A stretch of DNA of 64,000 nt from Eledone cirrhosa (GCA_964016885.1 OZ024758.1:29636001-29700000); one strand, 5' to 3'. Shown: positions 40,921 to 56,500, counted from the stretch's first letter. A program made the numbers and translations. The notes: a model not told the origin generated them from the letters alone.

Positions 40921-43900
40921 GTTGCTATCATGAAATTATTGGAAGTCATGTAAGTCTTTTTGTTGTTGCTATCATAAAATGATTGGAAGTAATGTAAGTC
41001 TTTTTGTTGTTGCTATCATAAAATTATTGAAAGTCATGTAAGTCTTTTTGTTGTTGCTATCATAAAATTATTGGAAGTCATGTAAGTCTTTTTGTTGTTG
41101 CTATCATAAAATTATTGGAATTAATGTAAGTCTTTTTGTTGTTGCTATCATAAAATTATTGGAAGTCATGTAAGTCTTTTTGTTGTTGCTATCATAAAAT
41201 TATTGGAAGTCATGTAAGTCTTTTTGTTGTTGCTATCATAAAATTATTGGAAGTCATGTAAGTCTTTTTGTTGTTGCTATCATACAATTATTGGAAGTCA
41301 TGTAAGTCTTTTTGTTGTTGCTATCTTAAAATTATTGGAAGTAATGTAAGTCTTTTTGTTGTTGCTATCATAAAATTATTGGAAGTCATATCAGTCTTTT
41401 TGTTGTTGCTATCATAAAATTATTGGAAGTCATGTAAGTCTTTTTGTTGTTGCTATCATAAAATTATTGGAAGTCATGTAAGTCATTTTGTTGTTGCTAT
41501 CATAAAATTATTGGAAGTCATGTAAGTCTTTTTGTTGTTGCTATCATAAAATTATTTGAAGTAATGTAAGTGTTTTTGTTGTTGCTATCATAAAATTATT
41601 GGAAGTCATATCAGTCTTTTTGTTGTTGCTATCATAAAATTATTGGAAGTCATGTAAGTCATTTTGTTGTTGCTATCATAAAATTATTGGAAGTCATGTA
41701 AGTCTTTTTGTTGTTGATATCATAAAATTATTGGAAGTCATGTAAGTCTTTTTGTTGTTGATATCATAAAATTATTGGAAGTCATGTAAGTCTTTTTGTT
41801 GTTGGTATCATAAGATTATTGGAAGTCATGTAAGTCTTTTTATTGTTGGTATCATAAAATTATTGGAAGTCCTGTAAGACTTTTTGTTGTTGCTATCATG
41901 AAATTATTGGAAGTCATGTAAGTCTTTTTGTTGTTGCTATCATAAAATTATTGGAAGTCATGTAAGTCTTTTTGTTGTTGCTATCATAAAATTATTGGAA
42001 ATCATGTAAGTCTTTTTTGTTGTTGCTATCATAACATTATTGGAAATCATGTAAGTCCTTTTCTTGTTGCTATCATAAAAATATTGGAAGTCATGTAAGT
42101 CTTTTTGTTGTTGCTATCATAAAATTATTGGAAATCATGTAAGTCTTTTTGTTGTTGCTATCATAACATTATTGGAAATCATGTAAGTCTTTTTCTTGTT
42201 GCTATCATGAAATTATTGGAAGTCATGTAAGTCTTTTTGTTGTTGCTATCATAAAATTATTGGAAGTAATGTAAGTCTTTTTGTTGTTGCTATCATAAAA
42301 TTATTGAAAATCATGTAAGTCTTTTTGTTGTTGCTATCATAAAATTATTGGAAGTCATGTAAGTCTTTTTGTTGTTGCTATCATAAAATTATTGGAATTA
42401 ATGTAAGTCTTTTTGTTGTTGCTATCATAAAATTATTGGAAGTCATGTAAGTCTTTTTGTTGTTGCTATCATAAAATTATTGGAAGTCATATCAGTCTTT
42501 TTGTTGTTGCTATCATAAAATTATTGGAAGTCATGTAAGTCTTTTTGTTGTTGCTATCATAAAATTATTGGAAGTCATGTAAGTCATTTTGTTGTTGCTA
42601 TCATAAAATTATTGGAAGTCATGTAAGTCTTTTTGTTGTTGCTATCATAAAATTATTTGAAGTAATGTAAGTGTTTTTGTTGTTGCTATCATAAAATTAT
42701 TGGAAGTAATGTGTCTTTTTGTTGTTGCTATCATAAAATTATTGGAAGTAATGTAAGTCTTTTTGTTGTTGCTATCATAAAATTATTGGAAGTCATGTAA
42801 GTCTTTTTGTTGTTGCTATTATAAAATTATTTGAAAGTCCTGTAAGTGTTTTTGTTGTTGCTATCATAAAATTATAGGAAGTCATGTCAGTCTTTTTGTT
42901 GTTCCTATCATAAAATTATTGGAAGTCATGTAAGTGTTTTTGTTGTTGCTATCATAAAATTATTGGAAGTCATGTAAGACTTTTTGTTGTTGCTATCATA
43001 AAATTATTGGAAGTAATGTAAGTCTTTTTGTTGTTGCTATCATAAAATTATTGGAAGTCATGTAAGTCTTTTTGTTGTTGCTATCATAAAATTATTGGAA
43101 GTCATGTAAGTCTTTTTGTTGTTGCTATCATAAAATTGTTGGAAGTAATGTAAGTTTTTTGTTGTTGCTATCATAAAATTATTGGAAGTCATGTCAGTCT
43201 TTTTGTTGTTGCTATCATAAAATTATTGGAAGTCATGTAAGTCTTTTTGTTGTTGCTATCATAAAAATATTGGAAGTCACGTAAGTCTTTTTGTTGTTGC
43301 TATCATAAAATTATTGGAAGTCATGTAAGTCTTTTTGTTGTTGCTATTATAAAATTATTTGAAAGTCATGTAAGTGTTTTTGTTGTTGCTATCATAAAAT
43401 TATAGGAAGTCATGTCAGTCTTTTTGTTGTTCCTATCATAAAATTATTGGAAGTCATGTAAGTGATTTTGTTGTTGCTATCATAAAATTATTGGAAGTAA
43501 TGTAACTCTTTTTGTTGTTGCTATCATAAAATTATTGGAAGTAACGTAAGTCTTTTTGTTGTTGATATCATAAAATTATTGGAAGTCATGTAAGTCTTTT
43601 TGTTGTTGCTATCATAAAATTATTGGAAGTCATGTAAGTCTTTTTGTTGTTGCTATCATAAAATTATTGGAAATCATGTAAGTCTTTTTTGTTGTTGCTA
43701 TCATAACATTATTGGAAATCATGTAAGTCTTTTTCTTGTTGCTATCATAAAAATATTGGAAGTCATGTAAGTCTTTTTGTTGTTGCTATCATAAAATTAT
43801 TGGAAATCATGTAAGTCTTTTTGTTGTTGCTATCATAACATTATTGGAAATCATGTAAGTCTTTTTCTTGTTGCTATCATAAAATTATTGGAAGTCATAT

Positions 43901-46760
43901 CAGTCTTTTTGTTGTTGTTATCATAAAATTATTGGAAGTCATGTAAGTCTTTTTGTTGTTGCTATCATAAAATTATTGGAAGTCATAACAGTGTTTTTGT
44001 TGTTGCTATCATAAAATTATTGGAAGTAATGTAAGTCTTTTTGATGTTGCTATCATAAAATTATTGGAAGTCATGTAAGTGTTTTTGTTGTTGCTATCAT
44101 AAAATTATTGGAAGTAATATAAGTGTTTTTGTTGTTGCTATTATAAAATTATTGGAAGTCATGTAAGTGTTTTTGTTGTTGCTATCATAAAATTATTGGA
44201 AGTCATGTAAGTCTTTTTGTTGTTGCTATCATAAAATTATTGGAAGTCATGTAAGTCTTTTTGTTGTTGCTATCATAAAATTAATGGAAGTCGTGTAAGT
44301 CTTTTTGTTGTTGCTATCATAAAATTATTGGAAGTCGTGTAAGTCTTTTTGTTGTTGCTATCATAAAATTATTGGAAGTCATGTAAGTCTTTTTGTTGTT
44401 GCTATCATAAAATTATTGGAAGTCATGTAAGTCTTTTTGTTGTTGCTATCATAAAATTATTGGAAGTCATATCAGTCTTTTTGTTGTTGCTATCATAAAA
44501 TTTTTGGAAATCATGTAAGTCTTTTTGTTGTTGCTATCATAAAATTATTGGAAGTCATGTAAGTCTTTTTGTTGTTGCTATCATAAAATTATTGGAAGTC
44601 ATGTAAGTCTTTTTGTTGTTGCTATCATAAAATTATTGGAAGTCATGTAAGTCTTTTTGTTGTTGCTATCATAAAATTATTGGAAGTCATGTAAGTCTTT
44701 TTGTTGTTGCTATCATACAATTATTGGAAGTCATGTAAGTCTTTTTGTTGTTGCTATCTTAAAATTATTGGAAGTAATGTAAGTCTTTTTGTTGTTGCTA
44801 TCATAAAATTATTGGAAGTCATATCAGTCTTTTTGTTGTTGCTATCATAAAATTATTGGAAGTCATGTAAGTCTTTTTGTTGTTGCTATCATAAAATTAT
44901 TGGAAGTCATGTAAGTCATTTTGTTGTTGCTATCATAAAATTATTGGAAGTCATGTAAGTCTTTTTGTTGTTGCTATCATAAAATTATTTGAAGTAATGT
45001 AAGTGTTTTTGTTGTTGCTATCATAAAATTATTGGAAGTCATATCAGTCTTTTTGTTGTTGCTATCATAAAATTATTGGAAGTCATGTAAGTCATTTTGT
45101 TGTTGCTATCATAAAATTATTGGAAGTCATGTAAGTCTTTTTGTTGTTGATATCATAAAATTATTGGAAGTCATGTAAGTCTTTTTGTTGTTGATATCAT
45201 AAAATTATTGGAAGTCATGTAAGTCTTTTTGTTGTTGGTATCATAAGATTATTGGAAGTCATGTAAGTCTTTTTATTGTTGGTATCATAAAATTATTGGA
45301 AGTCCTGTAAGACTTTTTGTTGTTGCTATCATGAAATTATTGGAAGTCATGTAAGTCTTTTTGTTGTTGCTATCATAAAATTATTGGAAGTCATGTAAGT
45401 CTTTTTGTTGTTGCTATCATAAAATTATTGGAAATCATGTAAGTCTTTTTTGTTGTTGCTATCATAACATTATTGGAAATCATGTAAGTCTTTTTCTTGT
45501 TGCTATCATAAAAATATTGGAAGTCATGTAAGTCTTTTTGTTGTTGCTATCATAAAATTATTGGAAATCATGTAAGTCTTTTTGTTGTTGCTATCATAAC
45601 ATTATTGGAAATCATGTAAGTCTTTTTCTTGTTGCTATCATGAAATTATTGGAAGTCATGTAAGTCTTTTTGTTGTTGCTATCATAAAATTATTGGAAGT
45701 AATGTAAGTCTTTTTGTTGTTGCTATCATAAAATTATTGAAAGTCATGTAAGTCTTTTTGTTGTTGCTATCATAAAATTATTGGAAGTCATGTAAGTCTT
45801 TTTGTTGTTGCTATCATAAAATTATTGGAATTAATGTAAGTCTTTTTGTTGTTGCTATCATAAAATTATTGGAAGTCATGTAAGTCTTTTTGTTGTTGCT
45901 ATCATAAAATTATTGGAAGTCATATCAGTCTTTTTGTTGTTGCTATCATAAAATTATTAGAAGTCATGTAAGTCTTTTTGTTGTTGCTATCATAAAATTA
46001 TTGGAAGTCATGTAAGTCATTTTGTTGTTGCTATCATAAAATTATTGGAAGTCATGTAAGTCTTTTTGTTGTTGCTATCATAAAATTATTGGAAGTAATG
46101 TGTCTTTTTGTTGTTGCTATCATAAAATTATTGGAAGTAATGTATGTCTTTTTGTTGTTGCTATCATAAAATTATTGGAAGTCATGTAAGTCTTTTTGTT
46201 GTTGCTATTATAAAATTATTTGAAAGTCCTGTAAGTGTTTTTGTTGTTGCTATCATAAAATTATAGGAAGTCATGTCAGTCTTTTTGTTGTTCCTATCAT
46301 AATATTATTGGAAGTCATGTAAGTGTTTTTGTTGTTGCTATCATAAAATTATTGGAAGTCATGTAAGACTTTTTGTTGTTGCTATCATAAAATTATTGGA
46401 AGTAATGTAAGTCTTTTTGTTGTTGCTATCATAAAATTATTGGAAGTCATGTAAGTCTTTTTGTTGTTGCTATCATAAAATTATTGGAAGTCATGTAAGT
46501 CTTTTTGTTGTTGCTATCATAAAATTGTTGGAAGTAATGTAAGTTTTTTGTTGTTGCTATCATAAAATTATTGGAAGTCATGTAAGTCTTTTTGTTGTTG
46601 CTATCATAAAATTATTGGAAGTCATGTAAGTCTTTTTGTTGTTGCTATTATAAAATTATTTGAAAGTCATGTAAGTGTTTTTGTTGTTGCTATCATAAAA
46701 TTATAGGAAGTCATGTCAGTCTTTTTGTTGTTCCTATCATAAAATTATTGGAAGTCATGT
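39760..46760 (+). repeat. Tandem duplication of about 3.7 kb with whole-monomer deletions in the second copy
   Basis: GTGATTT 39765/43462 and ATAACAG 40288/43985 (offset 3697); CCTGTAAGAC 41871/45304 (3433); TAAAATTGTT 43131/46520 (3389). Confidence 0.82.
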
Positions 46761-47249
46761 AAGTGTTTTTGTTGTTGCTATCATAAAATTATTGGAAGTC
46801 ATGTAAGTCTTTTTGTTGTTGCTATCATAAAACTATTGGAAGTCATGTAAGTCTTTTTGTTGTTGCTATCATAAAATTATTGGAAGTCATGTAAGTCTTT
46901 TTGTTGTTGTTATCATAAAATTATTGGAATTAATGTAAGTCTTTTTGTTGTTGCTATAATAAAATTATTGGAAGTCATGTAAGTCTTTTTGTTGTTGCTA
47001 TCATAAAATTATTGGAAGTCATGTAAGTCTTTTTGTTGTTGCTATCATAAAATTATTGGAAGTCATGTAACTCTTTTTGTTGTTGCTATCATAAAATTAT
47101 TGGAAGTAATGTAAGTCTTTTTGTTGTTGCTATCATACAATTATTGGAAGTCATGTAAGTCTTTTTGTTGTTGCTATCTTAAAATTATTGGAAGTAATGT
47201 AAGTCTTTTTGTTGTTGCTATCATAAAATTATTGGAAGTCATATCAGTC

Positions 47250-50200
47250 TTTTTGTTGTTGCTATCATAAAATTATTTGAAGTAATGTAAGTGTTTTTGT
47301 TGTTGCTATCATAAAATTATTGGAAGTAATGTGTTTTTTTGTTGTTGCTATCATAAAATTATTGGAAGTAATGTAAGTGTTTTTGTTGTTGCTATCATAA
47401 AATTATTGGAAGTCATGTAAGTCTTTTTGTTGTTGCTATCATAAAACTATTGGAAGTCATATCAGTGTTTTTGTTGTTGCTATCTTAAAATTATTGGAAG
47501 TAATGTAAGTCTTTTTGTTGTTGCTATCATAAAATTATTGGAAGTCATATCAGTCTTTTTGTTGTTGCTATCATAAAATTATTAGAAGTCATGTAAGTCT
47601 TTTTGTTGTTGCTATCATAAAATTATTGGAAGTCGTGTAAGTCTTTTTGTTGTTGCTATCATAAAATTATTGGAAGTCGTGTAAGTCTTTTTGTTGTTGC
47701 TATCATAAAATTATTGGAAGTCATGTAAGTCTCTTTGTTGTTGCTATCATAAAATTATTGGAAGTAATGTAAGTCTTTTTGTTGTTGCTATCATAAAATT
47801 ATTTGAAGTAATGTAAGTGTTTTTGTTGTTGCTATCATAAAATTATTTGAAGTAATGTGTCTTTTTGTTGTTGCTATCATAAAATTATTGGAAGTAATGT
47901 AAGTGTTTTTGTTGTTGCTATCATAAAATTATTGGAAGTCATGTAAGTCTTTTTGTTGTTGCTATCATAAAAACTATTGGAAGTCATATCAGTGTTTTTG
48001 TTGTTGCTATCATAAAATTATTGGAAGTAATGTAAGTCTTTTTGATGTTGCTATCATAAAATTATTGGAAGTCATGTAAGTGTTTTTGTTGTTGCTATCA
48101 TAAAATTATTGGAAGTAATATAAGTGTTTTTGTTGTTGCTATTATAAAATTATTGGAAGTCATGTAAGTGTTTTTGTTGTTGCTATCATAAAATTATTGG
48201 AAGTCATGTAAGTCTTTTTGTTGTTGCTATCATAAAATTATTGGAAGTCATGTAAGTCTTTTTGTTGTTGCTATCATAATGTTATTGGAAGTCGTGTAAG
48301 TCTTTTTGTTGTTGCTATCATAAAATTATTGGAAGTCGTGTAAGTCTTTTTGTTGTTGCTATCATAAAATTATTGGAAGTCATGTAAGTCTTTTTGTTGT
48401 TGCTATCATAAAATTATTGGAAGTCATGTAAGTCTCTTTGTTGTTGCTATCATAAAATTATTGGAAGTCATGTAAGTCTTTTTGTTGTTGCTATCATAAA
48501 ATTATTGGAAGTAATGTAAGTCTTTTTGTTGTTGCTATCATAAAATTATTGGAAGTCATGTAAGTGTTTTTGTTGTTGCTATCATAAAATTATTGGAAAT
48601 CATGTAAGTCTTTTTCTTGTTGCTATCATAAAAATATTGGAAGTCATGTAAGTTTTTTTGTTGTTGCTATGATAAAATTATTGGAAATCATGTAAGTCTT
48701 TTTGTTGTTGCTATCATAACATTATTGGAAATCATGTAAGTCTTTTTCTTGTTGCTATCATGAAATTATTGGAAGTCATGTAAGTCTTTTTGTTGTTGCT
48801 ATCATAAAATTATTGGAAGTAATGTAAGTCTTTTTGTTGTTGCTATCATAAAATTATTGGAAGTCATGTAAGTCTTTTTGTTGTTGCTATCATAAAATTA
48901 TTGGAAGTCATGTAAGTCTTTTTGTTGTTGTTATCATAAAATTATTGGAATTAATGTAAGTCTTTTTGTTGTTGCTATCATAAAATTATTGGAAGTCATG
49001 TAAGTCTTTTTGTTGTTGCTATCATAAAATTATTGGAAGTCATGTAAGTCTGTTTGTTGTTGCTATCATAAAATTATTGGAAGTCATGTAACTCTTTTTG
49101 TTGTTGCTATCATAAAATTATTGGAAGTAATGTAAGTCTTTTTGTTGTTGCTATCATACAATTATTGGAAGTCATGTAAGTCTTTTTGTTGTTGCTATCT
49201 TAAAATTATTGGAAGTAATGTAAGTCTTTTTGTTGTTGCTATCATAAAATTATTGGAAGTCATGTAAGTGTTTTTGTTGTTGCTATCATAAAATTATTGG
49301 AAGTAATGTGTCTTTTTGTTGTTGCTATCATAAAATTATTGGAATTAATGTAAGTCTTTTTCTTGTTGTTATCATAAAAATATTGGAAGTCATGTAAGTC
49401 TTTTTGTTGTTGCTATCATAAAATTATTGGAAATCATGTAAGTCTTTTTGTTGTTGCTATCATAACATTATTGGAAATCATGTAAGTCTTTTTCTTGTTG
49501 CTATCATGAAATTATTGGAAGTCATGTAAGTGTTTTTGTTGTTGCTATCATAACATTATTGGAAGTCATGTAAGACTTTTTGTTGTTGCTATCATAAAAA
49601 TATTGGAAGTCATGTAAGTCTTTTTGTTGTTGCTATCATAAAATTATTGGAAATCATGTAAGTCTTTTTGTTGTTGCTATCATAACATTATTGGAAATCA
49701 TGTAAGTCTTTTTCTTGTTGCTATCATGAAATTATTGGAAGTCATGTAAGTCTTTTTGTTGTTGCTATCATAAAATTATTGGAAGTAATGTAAGTCTTTT
49801 TGTTGTTGCTATCATAAAATTATTGGAAGTCATGTAAGTCTTTTTGTTGTTGCTATCATAAAATTATTGGAAGTCATGTAAGTCTTTTTGTTGTTGCTAT
49901 CATAAAATTATTGGAAGTCATGTAAGTCTTTTTGTTGTTGCTATCATAAAATTATTTGAAGTAATGTAAGTGTTTTTGTTGTTGCTATCATAAAATTATT
50001 GGAAGTAATGTGTCTTTTTGTTGTTGCTATCATAAAATTATTGGAAGTAATGTAAGTGTTTTTGTTGTTGCTATCATAAAATTATTGGAAGTCATGTAAG
50101 TCTTTTTGTTGTTGCTATCATAAAACTATTGGAAGTCATATCAGTGTTTTTGTTGTTGCTATCTTAAAATTATTGGAAGTAATGTAAGTCTTTTTGTTGT

Positions 50201-51960
50201 TGCTATCATAAAATTATTGGAAGTCATATCAGTCTTTTTGTTGTTGCTATCATAAAATTATTAGAAGTCATGTAAGTCTTTTTGTTGTTGCTATCATAAA
50301 ATTATTGGAAGTCGTGTAAGTCTTTTTGTTGTTGCTATCATAAAATTATTGGAAGTCGTGTAAGTCTTTTTGTTGTTGCTATCATAAAATTATTGGAAGT
50401 CATGTAAGTCTTTTTGTTGTTGCTATCATAAAATTATTGGAAGTCATGTAAGTCTCTTTGTTGTTGCTATCATAAAATTATTGGAAGTAATGTAAGTCTT
50501 TTTGTTGTTGCTATCATAAAATTATTTGAAGTAATGTAAGTGTTTTTGTTGTTGCTATCATAAAATTATTTGAAGTAATGTGTCTTTTTGTTGTTGCTAT
50601 CATAAAATTATTGGAAGTAATGTAAGTGTTTTTGTTGTTGCTATCATAAAATTATTGGAAGTCATGTAAGTCTTTTTGTTGTTGCTATCATAAAAACTAT
50701 TGGAAGTCATATCAGTGTTTTTGTTGTTGCTATCATAAAATTATTGGAAGTAATGTAAGTCTTTTTGATGTTGCTATCATAAAATTATTGGAAGTCATGT
50801 AAGTGTTTTTGTTGTTGCTATCATAAAATTATTGGAAGTAATATAAGTGTTTTTGTTGTTGCTATTATAAAATTATTGGAAGTCATGTAAGTGTTTTTGT
50901 TGTTGCTATCATAAAATTATTGGAAGTCATGTAAGTCTTTTTGTTGTTGCTATCATAAAATTATTGGAAGTCATGTAAGTCTTTTTGTTGTTGCTATCAT
51001 AAAGTTATTGGAAGTCGTGTAAGTCTTTTTGTTGTTGCTATCATAAAATTATTGGAAGTCGTGTAAGTCTTTTTGTTGTTGCTATCATAAAATTATTGGA
51101 AGTCATGTAAGTCTTTTTGTTGTTGCTATCATAAAATTATTGGAAGTCATGTAAGTCTCTTTGTTGTTGCTATCATAAAATTATTGGAAGTCATGTAAGT
51201 CTTTTTGTTGTTGCTATCATAAAATTATTGGAAGTAATGTAAGTCTTTTTGTTGTTGCTATCATAAAATTATTGGAAGTCATGTAAGTGTTTTTGTTGTT
51301 GCTATCATAAAATTATTGGAAATCATGTAAGTCTTTTTCTTGTTGCTATCATAAAAATATTGGAAGTCATGTAAGTTTTTTTGTTGTTGCTATGATAAAA
51401 TTATTGGAAATCATGTAAGTCTTTTTGTTGTTGCTATCATAACATTATTGGAAATCATGTAAGTCTTTTTCTTGTTGCTATCATGAAATTATTGGAAGTC
51501 ATGTAAGTCTTTTTGTTGTTGCTATCATAAAATTATTGGAAGTAATGTAAGTCTTTTTGTTGTTGCTATCATAAAATTATTGGAAGTCATGTAAGTCTTT
51601 TTGTTGTTGCTATCATAAAATTATTGGAAGTCATGTAAGTCTTTTTGTTGTTGTTATCATAAAATTATTGGAATTAACGTAAGTCTTTTTGTTGTTGCTA
51701 TCATAAAATTATTGGAAGTCATGTAAGTCTTTTTGTTGTTGCTATCATAAAATTATTGGAAGTCATGTAAGTCTTTTTGTTGTTGCTATCATAAAATTAT
51801 TGGAAGTCATGTAACTCTTTTTGTTGTTGCTATCATAAAATTATTGGAAGTAATGTAAGTCTTTTTGTTGTTTCTATCATACAATTATTGGAAGTCATGT
51901 AAGTCTTTTTGTTGTTGCTATCTTAAAATTATTGGAAGTAATGTAAGTCTTTTTGTTGTT
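47250..51960 (+). repeat. Duplication of about 2 kb at offset about 2.7 kb
   Basis: GCTATCATAAAAACTATTGG at 47961/50684 and GCTATGATAA at 48666/51389 (both offset 2723). Confidence 0.85.
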
Positions 51961-53599
51961 GCTATCATAAAATTATTGGAAGTCATATCAGTCTTTTTGT
52001 TGTTGCTATCATAAAATTATTGGAAGTCATGTAAGTCTTTTTGTTGTTGCTATCATAAAATTATTGGAAGTCATGTAAGTCATTTTGTTGTTGCTATCAT
52101 AAAATTATTGGAAGTCATGTAAGTCTTTTTGTTGTTGCTATCATAAAATTATTTGAAGTAATGTAAGTGTTTTTGTTGTTGCTATCATAAAATTATTGGA
52201 AGTAATGTGTCTTTTTGTTGTTGCTATCATAAAATTATTGGAAGTAATGTAAGTCTTTTTGTTGTTGCTATCATAAAATTATTGGAAGTCATGTAAGTCT
52301 TTTTGTTGTTGCTATTATAAAATTATTTGAAAGTCATGTAAGTGTTTTTGTTGTTGCTATCATAAAATTATAGGAAGTCATGTCAGTCTTTTTGTTGTTC
52401 CTATCATAAAGTTATTGGAAGTCATGTAAGTGTTTTTGTTGTTGCTATCATAAAATTATTGGAAGTCATGTAAGTCTTTTTGTTGTTGCTATCATAAAAT
52501 TATTGGAAGTCATATCAGTGTTTTTGTTGTTGCTATCATAAAATTATTGGAAGTCATGTAAGTGTTTTTGTTGTTGCTATCATAAAATTATTGGAAGTAA
52601 TATAAGTGTTTTTGTTGTTGCTATTATAAAATTATTGGAAGTCATGTAAGTGTTTTTGTTGTTGCTATCATAAAATTATTGGAAGTCATGTAAGTCTTTT
52701 TGTTGTTGCTATCATAAAATTATTGGATGTCATGTAAGTCTTTTTGTTGTTGCTATCATAAAATTATTGGAAGTCGTGTAAGTCTTTTTGTTGTTGCTAT
52801 CATAAAATTATTGGAAGTCGTGTAAGTCTTTTTGTTGTTGCTATCATAAAATTATTGGAAGTCATGTAAGTCTTTTTGTTGTTGCTATCATAAATTTATT
52901 GGAAGTCATGTAAGTCTCTTTGTTGTTGCTATCATAAAATTATTGGAAGTCATGTAAGTCTTTTTGTTGTTGCTATCATAAAATTATTGGAAGTAATGTA
53001 AGTCTTTTTGTTGTTGCTATCATAAAATTATTGGAAGTCATGTAAGTGTTTTTGTTGTTGCTATCATAAAATTATTGGAAGTAATGTGTCTTTTTGTTGT
53101 TGCTATCATAAAATTATTGGAATTAATGTAAGTCTTTTTCTTGTTGTTATCATAAAAATATTGGAAGTCATGTAAGTCTTTTTGTTGTTGCTATCATAAA
53201 ATTATTGGAAATCATGTAAGTCTTTTTGTTGTTGCTATCATAACATTATTGGAAATCATGTAAGTCTTTTTCTTGTTGCTATCATGAAATTATTGGAAGT
53301 CATGTAAGTGTTTTTGTTGTTGCTATCATAACATTATTGGAAGTCATGTAAGACTTTTTGTTGTTGCTATCATAAAAATATTGGAAGTCATGTAAGTCTT
53401 TTTGTTGTTGCTATCATAAAATTATTGGAAATCATGTAAGTCTTTTTGTTGTTGCTATCATAACATTATTGGAAATCATGTAAGTCTTTTTCTTGTTGCT
53501 ATCATGAAATTATTGGAAGTCATGTAAGTCTTTTTGTTGTTGCTATCATAAAATTATTGGAAGTAATGTAAGTCTTTTTGTTGTTGCTATCATAAAATT

Positions 53600-56500
53600 A
53601 TTGGAAGTCATGTAAGTCTTTTTGTTGTTGCTATCATAAAATTATTGGAAGTCATGTAAGTCTTTTTGTTGTTGCTATCATAAAATTATTGGAAGTCATG
53701 TAAGTCTTTTTGTTGTTGCTATCATAAAATTATTGGAAGTAATGTAAGTCTTTTTGTTGTTGCTATCATACAATTATTGGAAGTCATGTAAGTCTTTTTG
53801 TTGTTGCTATCTTAAAATTATTGGAAGTAATGTAAGTCTTTTTGTTGTTGCTATCATAAAATTATTGGAAGTCATATCAGTCTTTTTGTTGTTGCTATCA
53901 TAAAATTATTGGAAGTCATGTAAGTCTTTTTGTTGTTGCTATCATAAAATTATTGGAAGTCATGTAAGTCATTTTGTTGTTGCTATCATAAAATTATTGG
54001 AAGTCATGTAAGTCTTTTTGTTGTTGCTATCATAAAATTATTTGAAGTAATGTGTCTTTTTGTTGTTGCTATCATAAAATTATTGGAAGTAATGGAAGTC
54101 TTTTTGTTGTTGCTATCATAAAATTATTGGAAGTAATGTAAGTCTTTTTGTTGTTGCTATCATAAAATTATTGGAAGTCATGTAAGTCTTTTTGTTGTTG
54201 CTATCATAAAATTATTGGAAGTCATGTAAGTCTTTTTGTTGTTGCTATCATAAAATTATTGGAAGTCATGTAAGTCTTTTTGTTGTTGCTATCATAAAAT
54301 TATTGGAAGTCATGTAAGTCTTTTTGTTGTTGCTATCATAAAATTATTGGAAGTAATGTGTCTTTTTGTTGTTGCTATCATAAAATTATTGGAAGTAATG
54401 TAAGTCTTTTTGTTGTTGCTATCATAAAATTATAGGAAGTCATGTCAGTCTTTTTGTTGTTCCTATCATAAAATTATTGGAAGTCATGTAAGTGTTTTTG
54501 TTGTTGGTATCATAAAATTATTGGAAGTCATGTAAGACTTTTTGTTGTTGCTATCATGAAATTATTGGAAGTCATGTAAGTCTTTTTGTTGTTGGTATCA
54601 TAAAATTATTGGAAGTCATGTAAGTCTTTTTGTTGTTGGTATCATAAAATTATTGGAAGTCATGTAAGTGTTTTTGTTGCTATCATAAAATTATTGGAGG
54701 TCATATAAGTCTTTTTGTTGTTGCTATCATAAAATTATTGGAAGTCATGTATGTCTTTTTGTTGTTGCTATCATAAAATTATTGGAAGTCATGTAAGTCT
54801 TTTTGTTGTTGGTATCATAAAATTATTGGAAGTCATGTAAGTGTTTTTGTTGCTATCATAAAATTATTGGAAGTGATGTAAGTGTTTTTGTTGTTGCTAT
54901 CATAAAATTATTAGAAGTCATGTAAGTCTTTTTGTTGTTGCTATCATAAAATTATTGGAAGTCATGTAAGTCTTTTTGTTGTTGCTATCATAAAATTATT
55001 GGAAGTCTTGTAAGTCTTTTTGTGGTTGTTATAATAAAATTATTGAAGTCATGTAAGTGTTTTTGTTGTTGGTATCATAAAATTATTGGAAGTCATGTAA
55101 GTCTTTTTGTTGTTGGTATAAAATTATTGGAAGTAATGTAAGTCTTTTTGTTGTTGCTATCATAAAATTATTGGAAGTCATGTAAGTGTTTTTGTTGTTG
55201 CTATCATAAAATTATTGGAAGTCATGTAAGTCTTTTTGTTGTTGCTATCATAAAATTATTGGAAGTCATGTAAGTCTTTTTGTTGTTGCTATCATAAAAT
55301 TATTGGAAGTCATGTAAGTCTTTTTGTTGTTGCTATCATAAAATTATTGGAAGTAATGTAAGTCTTTTTGTTGTTGCTATCATACAATTATTGGAAGTCA
55401 TGTAAGTCTTTTTGTTGTTGCTATCTTAAAATTATTGGAAGTAATGTAAGTCTTTTTGTTGTTGCTATCATAAAATTATTGGAAGTCATATCAGTCTTTT
55501 TGTTGTTGCTATCATAAAATTATTGGAAGTCATGTAAGTCTTTTTGTTGTTGCTATCATAAAATTATTGGAAGTCATGTAAGTCATTTTGTTGTTGCTAT
55601 CATAAAATTATTGGAAGTCATGTAAGTCTTTTTGTTGTTGCTATCATAAAATTATTTGAAGTAATGTGTCTTTTTGTTGTTGCTATCATAAAATTATTGG
55701 AAGTAATGGAAGTCTTTTTGTTGTTGCTATCATAAAATTATTGGAAGTAATGTAAGTCTTTTTGTTGTTGCTATCATAAAATTATTGGAAGTCATGTAAG
55801 TCTTTTTGTTGTTGCTATCATAAAATTATTGGAAGTCATGTAAGTCTTTTTGTTGTTGCTATCATAAAATTATTGGAAGTCATGTAAGTCTTTTTGTTGT
55901 TGCTATCATAAAATTATTGGAAGTCATGTAAGTCTTTTTGTTGTTGCTATCATAAAATTATTGGAAGTAATGTGTCTTTTTGTTGTTGCTATCATAAAAT
56001 TATTGGAAGTAATGTAAGTCTTTTTGTTGTTGCTATCATAAAATTATAGGAAGTCATGTCAGTCTTTTTGTTGTTCCTATCATAAAATTATTGGAAGTCA
56101 TGTAAGTGTTTTTGTTGTTGGTATCATAAAATTATTGGAAGTCATGTAAGACTTTTTGTTGTTGCTATCATGAAATTATTGGAAGTCATGTAAGTCTTTT
56201 TGTTGTTGGTATCATAAAATTATTGGAAGTCATGTAAGTCTTTTTGTTGTTGGTATCATAAAATTATTGGAAGTCATGTAAGTGTTTTTGTTGCTATCAT
56301 AAAATTATTGGAGGTCATATAAGTCTTTTTGTTGTTGCTATCATAAAATTATTGGAAGTCATGTATGTCTTTTTGTTGTTGCTATCATAAAATTATTGGA
56401 AGTCATGTAAGTCTTTTTGTTGTTGGTATCATAAAATTATTGGAAGTCATGTAAGTGTTTTTGTTGCTATCATAAAATTATTGGAAGTGATGTAAGTGTT

